DNA of 64,000 nt from Pyrinomonadaceae bacterium (GTDB lineage: Bacteria; Acidobacteriota; Blastocatellia; Pyrinomonadales; Pyrinomonadaceae): contig DASRCS010000026.1 of NCBI GenBank assembly GCA_035652995.1, positions 580-64,579 on the forward strand. The letters are read 5' to 3'. The notes beneath the pieces are model-generated. The model saw only the letters and a program-made list of their open reading frames with translations, ran no database searches and was not told the origin of the DNA. Shown one piece after another: positions 57,089 to 64,000 of the stretch. How positions within the stretch are numbered: position 1 is the stretch's first letter; every line of letters begins with the position of its first letter. A program made the position numbers and the translations under genes.

Positions 57089-58357
57089 TCAATGGTGTTC
57101 CGTCGCCGCAATCGCCTTCTCAAGTTCGGGCGCGCCGAGCGGGAGCAGCGGTCGCGCGGCCAACTGGCCGAAGTAGTGCCAGAGCCAGACGCCGCCCAGT
57201 CCCGCCGTCATCAAGAGCATCGGCACGAAGCTCGTCAGGATGTCGCGCGCGCCGAACGCGGTCTCGCCGCCCTGGTGCGCCGAAGGCGCGAAGAAGAAGA
57301 CGAGGTCGAAGGCGCGCATGAAAAGCATCAACACCGCGACGTGCCGCAAACTTCGCGGCTGCCGCTTGAGCTGCCGCGAGAGCAGAAGCACGAACGGCAG
57401 CGCGAAATGAAACAGGATGACCATCAGTCCGACGACCTGCCACCCGCCGCGCAGGCGGCTCAGGTAGAACGAAATCTCTTCGGGGATATTCCCCGACCAG
57501 ATAATCAGGAACTGCGAGAAGGCGAAGTACGCGTAAAGCATCACCATCGTGAGCAGGAGCTTGCCCCAGTCGTGAAAGTGCAAAGGCTGGTAGGCGTGAT
57601 CCATCGGCTCGTGGCGACTGAGGAAGGCCGCCACCGTGATGATGAACGCGATTGCGGAGAGTCCCCAGCCCGCGAGCACGATGAGGCCGTAGATGGTCGA
57701 GTACCAGTGCGGCTCAAGGGACATCCCCCAGTCGAACGCGGCGAACGTCGCCGTCAGCCCGACGACGAGGATGACGAGGCCGGAGATGTCCTGCATCCTG
57801 CGGCGCAGGCGCGGGTCGCCCGTCTTGTCCTGCTCGGCGGACCAGCGATTCAGGCGGCTCGCGAAGAAGTACCAAGCGGCAAAGTAGATGACGCCGCGCG
57901 CGACGAAGAAAGGGATGTTCAGATACAAGCCCTTCTGTTGCAGTGCAGAGTCGCCCGCGACGCGAGCCTTGTCCGTCCACTCGTAGAGCGAGAACGTGTG
58001 CCCGTTCACCTGCTCGTGGACGAAGAGCGCGATGACGACCGGGACGAAGAAGAGCGCGCAGAGCGGGAGCGTCCGCGTCGCGGCCTCGAAGAGTCGGCGG
58101 CTCGTGATCGCCCACGCGCCGCCCGTCATGTGGCCGAGCGCGAGCCACGTGAGGCTGCCGACGGCGATGCCCGTGCAGAAGACGAACGCGGCGAGGTACG
58201 AGCGGAAGACGTGGACGATCCCGCCGTAGCCCGCCCAGGAGCCGAGCGCGAAGGCGAGCACCGCGCCGACGACGAGCAGGACGACGCCGGCGACGAGCGC
58301 GCGACCGCGGTAGCGCGCGACCGCCGGAGGTGCGTTGAAGTTTGCGTGCGCGTCCAT
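57089..58357 (-). CDS. actF: alternative complex III subunit ActF (membrane subunit)
   Basis: 422 aa polytopic protein. Its position after actE is typical of the ACIII gene order. Confidence 0.75.
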   Translation of the reverse strand: MDAHANFNAPPAVARYRGRALVAGVVLLVVGAVLAFALGSWAGYGGIVHVFRSYLAAFVFCTGIAVGSLTWLALGHMTGGAWAITSRRLFEAATRTLPLCALFFVPVVIALFVHEQVNGHTFSLYEWTDKARVAGDSALQQKGLYLNIPFFVARGVIYFAAWYFFASRLNRWSAEQDKTGDPRLRRRMQDISGLVILVVGLTATFAAFDWGMSLEPHWYSTIYGLIVLAGWGLSAIAFIITVAAFLSRHEPMDHAYQPLHFHDWGKLLLTMVMLYAYFAFSQFLIIWSGNIPEEISFYLSRLRGGWQVVGLMVILFHFALPFVLLLSRQLKRQPRSLRHVAVLMLFMRAFDLVFFFAPSAHQGGETAFGARDILTSFVPMLLMTAGLGGVWLWHYFGQLAARPLLPLGAPELEKAIAATEHH

Positions 58358-58358
58358 C

Positions 58359-59204
58359 CTAGTGCTTCTCGCCCCCTTCGGTTGACTGCAAGTACATCTG
58401 CCCCGACTCCTCGGAGACGGGCTTCTGCGCGCCGCTCAGAACCTTCTGCTGCATGTCGGGCGAAAGGTCGTTCATCTTCATCTTGCGCGTGAGCTGGAGC
58501 GCGCGGATGTAGGCGATGATCTTCCAGCGGTCTTCGGGCGCGATCTGCGCCGAGTAGTCGGGCATCGCGCCCCAGCCGTTCGTGATCACGTCGAAGAAGT
58601 GCGCGGCGGAGGCGTTGCCCTCCTGAAGCCGGTCGTCGTAGTACGAGGGCGGCTTGCGGTAGCCGCGCCGGACGATCATCCCGTCGCCCTCGCCCGCCGC
58701 GCCGTGGCAGACGATGCAGTAGATGTTGAAGCGCTGCCGACCGCGTTCGAGCGCGGCCTGGTCAATCGTGATCGGAAACACGTCCGGCCCGCCCGTCGCG
58801 GCGGTCGAAGTGCCGGGGACGCTCGCGCCCGTGTTGCCGAGCGCGTTCGCGCCCGTCGCGGCCATCGAACTCGCGGGCGTCGTCGCCTGCGCTCCGGCTT
58901 GGCCCGCGGCCTTGCCCGTGTAGAAATAGTCGTCGCGGTCGCGGTAGTCGCCGAACTGCCGCGCGACAGTCCCCTCGACCGGCGCGCGCGACGAAGAGCC
59001 GTCGGGTGAGAACTTCTTGTCGCCCGCGCGGAACGGGATGTACTTCGGCTGATCCTGCATGTCCATGCGGCAGCCGGAAAGTAAAAAGGCAAAAGGCAAA
59101 AGGCAAAAGATGAGGAGCAGCCGCACAGAAGCGCATCGCGCGACGCGCGCCCACACTTTTGCCTTTTGCCTTTTTACTTTTGCCTTCACGTCAGTGTTCG
59201 ACAT
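58359..59204 (-). CDS. actE: alternative complex III subunit ActE (monoheme cytochrome c lipoprotein)
   Basis: Lipobox LLSGC. Heme site CIVCHG. The start overlaps the actD stop. Confidence 0.8.
   Translation of the reverse strand: MSNTDVKAKVKRQKAKVWARVARCASVRLLLIFCLLPFAFLLSGCRMDMQDQPKYIPFRAGDKKFSPDGSSSRAPVEGTVARQFGDYRDRDDYFYTGKAAGQAGAQATTPASSMAATGANALGNTGASVPGTSTAATGGPDVFPITIDQAALERGRQRFNIYCIVCHGAAGEGDGMIVRRGYRKPPSYYDDRLQEGNASAAHFFDVITNGWGAMPDYSAQIAPEDRWKIIAYIRALQLTRKMKMNDLSPDMQQKVLSGAQKPVSEESGQMYLQSTEGGEKH
59076..59185. repeat. heptamer-arm hairpin element (GGCAAAA) inside the 5' end of actE
   Basis: ggaaagtaaaaaggcaaaaggcaaaaggcaaaag ... cttttgccttttgcctttttacttttgcc. Confidence 0.85.
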
Positions 59205-59736
59205 CAGTCACCTCAATCGGCCCGAGGCTCCGCAGGAACTCCGTCGTGCGCTCGCGGTCGAACTTCGGGTCGGAAGACTCGACCAGCACGAAGAAGCGGT
59301 CGCGCGAGGCGAGCGCGAAGCTCGGCGCGTTGAAGACCGGGTGGTACGGCTCCGGCAGGCCGTTCAGCGCGAGCATCCCGAAGACCGCGAAGAGCGCCGC
59401 GCCCAGCACGGTGCACTCGAACGTGATCGGGATGAACGCGGGCCAACTGTAGTAGGGCTTTCCGCCGACGTTGATCGGGAAGTCAATGACCTCGATATAG
59501 ACCTGCATCAGGAAGCCGAGCGAGCCGCCGAGCAGCCCGCCGAGCAGGACGATGAGCGGCATGTGCGTCCTGTGCACGCCGATGGCCTCGGACAACTCCT
59601 CGACGGGGTACGGCGAGAAGGCGTCAACCCTGCGGTAGCCCTCCTCGTGGACGCGCCGCGCGGCGGCGACCGCGGCGGTCGGGTTGTCGAACTCGGCCAG
59701 CAGGCCGTAAGTCGGCGGGCGCGTGCTCTTCCTCAT
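59191..59736 (-). CDS. actD: alternative complex III subunit ActD (DUF3341)
   Basis: YGLLAEFD...A....R..GYRRVDAFSPYPV is typical of DUF3341. Two TM helices. Confidence 0.8.
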   Translation of the reverse strand: MRKSTRPPTYGLLAEFDNPTAAVAAARRVHEEGYRRVDAFSPYPVEELSEAIGVHRTHMPLIVLLGGLLGGSLGFLMQVYIEVIDFPINVGGKPYYSWPAFIPITFECTVLGAALFAVFGMLALNGLPEPYHPVFNAPSFALASRDRFFVLVESSDPKFDRERTTEFLRSLGPIEVTDVEH

Positions 59737-59737
59737 C

Positions 59738-61123
<1,386 letters not shown>

Positions 61124-61158
61124 AAACGTCCTTGCCTGCGGCCTTCCCCCCTTGCGAC

Positions 61159-64000
61159 CTAGCTCGCGGAACTCTCGCCCGGCCCCACGACCTTCCCCCC
61201 CGGCAGCGCGTCGTTCGGGTTGCGAACCGAAGCGAGATAGGTCGTGCGCGGGTGCGTGTTGAGGTCTGCGAGCAGGCCGTAGTTGCGTTTCTGCGCCTTG
61301 AGCTTCGCGACGCGGCTCGCCGGGTCGTTGATGTCGCCGAAGACTATCGCCTCGGTCGGGCAGGTCTGCTGGCAGGCGGTCTTGATCTCGCCGTCCTTGA
61401 CCTTGTCGCCGCGCTTCTCGGCCTCGATCTTCGCGTACTCGATGCGCTGGACGCAGTAGGTGCACTTCTCCATCACGCCGCGCGAGCGCACCGAGACTTC
61501 CGGGTTGCGCATCATCTTGTAGCTCGGCGTGTCCCAGTCCTGGAAGAGAAGGAAGTTGAAGCGGCGCACCTTGTACGGGCAGTTGTTCGAGCAGTACCGC
61601 GTGCCGACGCAGCGGTTGTAAACCATCTCGTTGATGCCCTCGGCGCTGTGCACGGTGGCGTGGACGGGGCAGACGCCCTCGCACGGCGCATTCTCGCAGT
61701 GCATGCAGGGCACGGGCATGAAATAGACGCCCGCCGGGTTCTCGACCGCGCCGCGGAAGTAGGCGTCAACGCGGAGCCAGTGCATCTCGCGCGAGCGCGC
61801 GACCTGCTCCTTGCCGACGACGGGGATGTTGTTCTCGGCCACGCAGGCGACGACGCAGGCGTTGCACCCGACGCACGTCGAGAGGTCAATCGCCATGCCC
61901 CACTTGTAGCCGCGCAGCCCCTCGTCCTCGTGCTCCGAGTAGTCGTACTGCGGGTAGAGCGACTCGCCCTGCTCCGGCGTGCGGTTCTCGCCCGCGGGTT
62001 CGGGCGGCTCGCTGTGCTCGCGCGGCGGCGCAAGCTCCGGGTCGCGCGTCCAGTCGGCGAACGTGCCGTGGCGGACGATGTCGCGCCCCTCCATTCGGAA
62101 GTGAATCTGCGAAGAGGCGAGCGGGTAGTCGTCGCCGTTCTTCTCGACGGCCAGTCCCGCGCCCGACCACAAGGCGTCCGACGTGCGTATGTCGTAAGCG
62201 TTGTAGCCCATCACGGTCTTGTTGTGCTCGTTGCCGCCGACCACGCCCGAACGCCAGCGACCGTAGCCGAGGTGGACGGTCACAACGTCGTCGGGCTGGC
62301 CCGGCAGGATGAAGACCGGGATGAACTGCTCCTCGTTCGAGACGGGGCCTTTCCTGCTTTTGCGACCTTTGAATGTGAGCCGCAGGAGTTCGTTCCGCAT
62401 CTCGCCGCCCTTCGCCGTGATGCGGTTGACGCGCTTGGGCGAGTCCCAGGAGGTCGCGCCGTCGGGCGTGTCGCCGACATCGAGCTTCGCGGCGGTCGCG
62501 GGGCTGATGATGGCGACGTTGTCCCACGTCAACTTCGTGAGCGGCTTCGGCAACTCCTGCAACCAGCCGTTGTTCGCGAAGCGCCCGTCATAGACGCAAG
62601 GGTCTGTGCGGAAGACGATCTCGAACGGGCCGCCGTTCGCGCCCGCGTTCGGCGCAGGCGTCGGGGCGACCGGCTGCTGCGCCGCGCCTTCGGGCGGGGC
62701 GAGCGGGTTGAAGCGCGGAGTCGAGCCGCCGCCCGCGCCGTTCTGCGCCCCGCCGCCGCCAGCGCCGCCCGCTCTCGGTCTCCGCGCCGTGTTCGCGATG
62801 AAGCCGTCGTTGAGAGCCTTGCGCCAAGCCTTCTCGAATTCGGGAGTCGGCGTCGGCGCTGCGCCCGAAGTAGCAGCCCCGCCGTTCGTGCGTGTCTGCC
62901 CGCCTTGATTCGTCGTCGCCGTGCTGCCCGTCGTGGTCGTCGCGCCGCCTTGAGCCGTGCGCGCGGGCGGGGCCGTCTGTCCGGAACTTGCCGAAGGATT
63001 GCCCGCAGCGCCGCCTGCGGCGGGACTCGTCGCGTTGTTGCCCGTCACGGACGCGGAGGTCGCGCCCGCCGCGGGCGAGCCTTGGCCGGAAGAGTTCGCG
63101 CCGCCCGTCGCGGTCGTCGTCCCGCTCGCCGCGTCAGCCGCGCCGCCCGCGCTCGTTCCCCCCGTCGCGTTCGCGGCGTTCGACGCGCCCGCCGACATGA
63201 GCGCGGCGCGGCCTTGCGTGAGCCAGTAGTTGCGGACGATGTCGTAGCCCTTGCGGTCGGGCCGGTCGGTGAAGGCGGCGACGACTTCGTAGGCGCTCTT
63301 ACCGTTGTAGAGCGGCTCGATGAGCGGCTGCATGATCGTGACCGTGCCGTCGTAGGCGCGCGTGTCGCCCCACGCTTCGAGGTAGTGCGCTTCGGGGACG
63401 TGCCACACGCACAACTCCGAGGTCTCGTCTTCGTAGAGGCTGAGGTGGACGGTGAGCGGAACCTTCTTCATCCGCGTCTCGTCGAGCTTGAGGTCGGCGG
63501 GCGTCGTGAAGACGGGGTTGCCGCCGAGGATGACGAGCGCCTCGACCGCGCCCGCGTCGATCTCCGAGATGAGCGTACGCAGGTCTTGAAGCTGGTCGGT
63601 CGGGTTCTCCTCGACCGGCTCGACGAAGTTGACGGTCTTGCCCGTGTTGCCGAGCGCCGCGTTCATCGCGTGCGCGAGCGCGTGAATCTCCGGCCCTTGC
63701 TCGTCGCCCGCGATGACCAGGCACGCGCCCGCGTGCGCCTTCAGGTCGGCGGCGACCGAGCTGGCGAACTGCGCCGCCGGGCCGCTGAGCGTCGCCGCCC
63801 CGCCGCCCGCGCCGACGCCCGCCGCGATTGCGCCCACCACGCCCGCGAACTCGCTCGGCTTGACGGCGAGGCGTTCGTCGGCGAAGAAGCCCGTGTTGGT
63901 CGGCGTCGTCTCCAGCGAGTAGAGCCGCGAAATCTCCCTCTGGTCGCCGTCGCTCGTGCGCCGGCGGCTCGCGAAGTCGCGCGCGTAGCGCAAGGCGTTC
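61159..64000 (-). CDS. actB: alternative complex III subunit ActB (molybdopterin-oxidoreductase-like B1 plus Fe-S B2), 5' end beyond the window
   Basis: Ferredoxin clusters CVGCNACVVAC, CMHCENAPCEGVCP, CVGTRYCSNNCPY, CTYCVQR, CQQTCP. The frame stays open to the window edge. Contains a roughly 190-aa low-complexity insert. Confidence 0.85.
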   Translation of the reverse strand, partial: NALRYARDFASRRRTSDGDQREISRLYSLETTPTNTGFFADERLAVKPSEFAGVVGAIAAGVGAGGGAATLSGPAAQFASSVAADLKAHAGACLVIAGDEQGPEIHALAHAMNAALGNTGKTVNFVEPVEENPTDQLQDLRTLISEIDAGAVEALVILGGNPVFTTPADLKLDETRMKKVPLTVHLSLYEDETSELCVWHVPEAHYLEAWGDTRAYDGTVTIMQPLIEPLYNGKSAYEVVAAFTDRPDRKGYDIVRNYWLTQGRAALMSAGASNAANATGGTSAGGAADAASGTTTATGGANSSGQGSPAAGATSASVTGNNATSPAAGGAAGNPSASSGQTAPPARTAQGGATTTTGSTATTNQGGQTRTNGGAATSGAAPTPTPEFEKAWRKALNDGFIANTARRPRAGGAGGGGAQNGAGGGSTPRFNPLAPPEGAAQQPVAPTPAPNAGANGGPFEIVFRTDPCVYDGRFANNGWLQELPKPLTKLTWDNVAIISPATAAKLDVGDTPDGATSWDSPKRVNRITAKGGEMRNELLRLTFKGRKSRKGPVSNEEQFIPVFILPGQPDDVVTVHLGYGRWRSGVVGGNEHNKTVMGYNAYDIRTSDALWSGAGLAVEKNGDDYPLASSQIHFRMEGRDIVRHGTFADWTRDPELAPPREHSEPPEPAGENRTPEQGESLYPQYDYSEHEDEGLRGYKWGMAIDLSTCVGCNACVVACVAENNIPVVGKEQVARSREMHWLRVDAYFRGAVENPAGVYFMPVPCMHCENAPCEGVCPVHATVHSAEGINEMVYNRCVGTRYCSNNCPYKVRRFNFLLFQDWDTPSYKMMRNPEVSVRSRGVMEKCTYCVQRIEYAKIEAEKRGDKVKDGEIKTACQQTCPTEAIVFGDINDPASRVAKLKAQKRNYGLLADLNTHPRTTYLASVRNPNDALPGGKVVGPGESSAS

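Overview
High-GC (roughly two-thirds G+C by eye) bacterial chromosomal segment. The gene content (alternative complex III next to a caa3-type oxidase, a PEP-CTERM protein, DUF2911/DUF4214/PIG-L proteins, many Gly/Ser/Thr/Asn/Ala-rich linkers) suggests an Acidobacteriota-like soil organism; this is inference only. I call about 57 protein genes. They are mostly housekeeping (rib genes, cmk, hemW, acs, carA, lepB, pyk, proC), signalling (PilZ, two GGDEF proteins, Crp, two receiver proteins) and a 13-kb respiratory cluster (actB-F, sco, ctaC/D/E/F-like). I recognised no rRNA, tRNA, CRISPR array, transposase or integrase. The most notable items are listed here. (1) An NLR-like STAND NTPase (DUF4062-like N-domain, NB-ARC, TPR) sits in a small non-housekeeping insert with an orphan ORF and an 11-copy 21-bp tandem repeat array. 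(2) A secreted S8 subtilase carries a colinear but catalytically dead Clp/Hsp100 AAA+ module. (3) A dispersed family of at least 14 hairpin elements has arms built from tandem heptanucleotides. One copy is inserted in-frame in an acyltransferase gene and another encodes the lipoprotein signal peptide of ActE. (4) A low-GC BglII-like type II restriction-modification pair lies between proC and the acyltransferase gene. (5) A 112-aa almost pure Gly/Ser ORF has a strong RBS and a terminator. Many long ORFs in the track are antisense or out-of-frame shadows of real genes, as expected at this GC content, and were rejected. CDS starts were chosen by RBS and homology within the supplied ORFs. Coordinates of non-coding features were hand-counted and may be off by a few nt.
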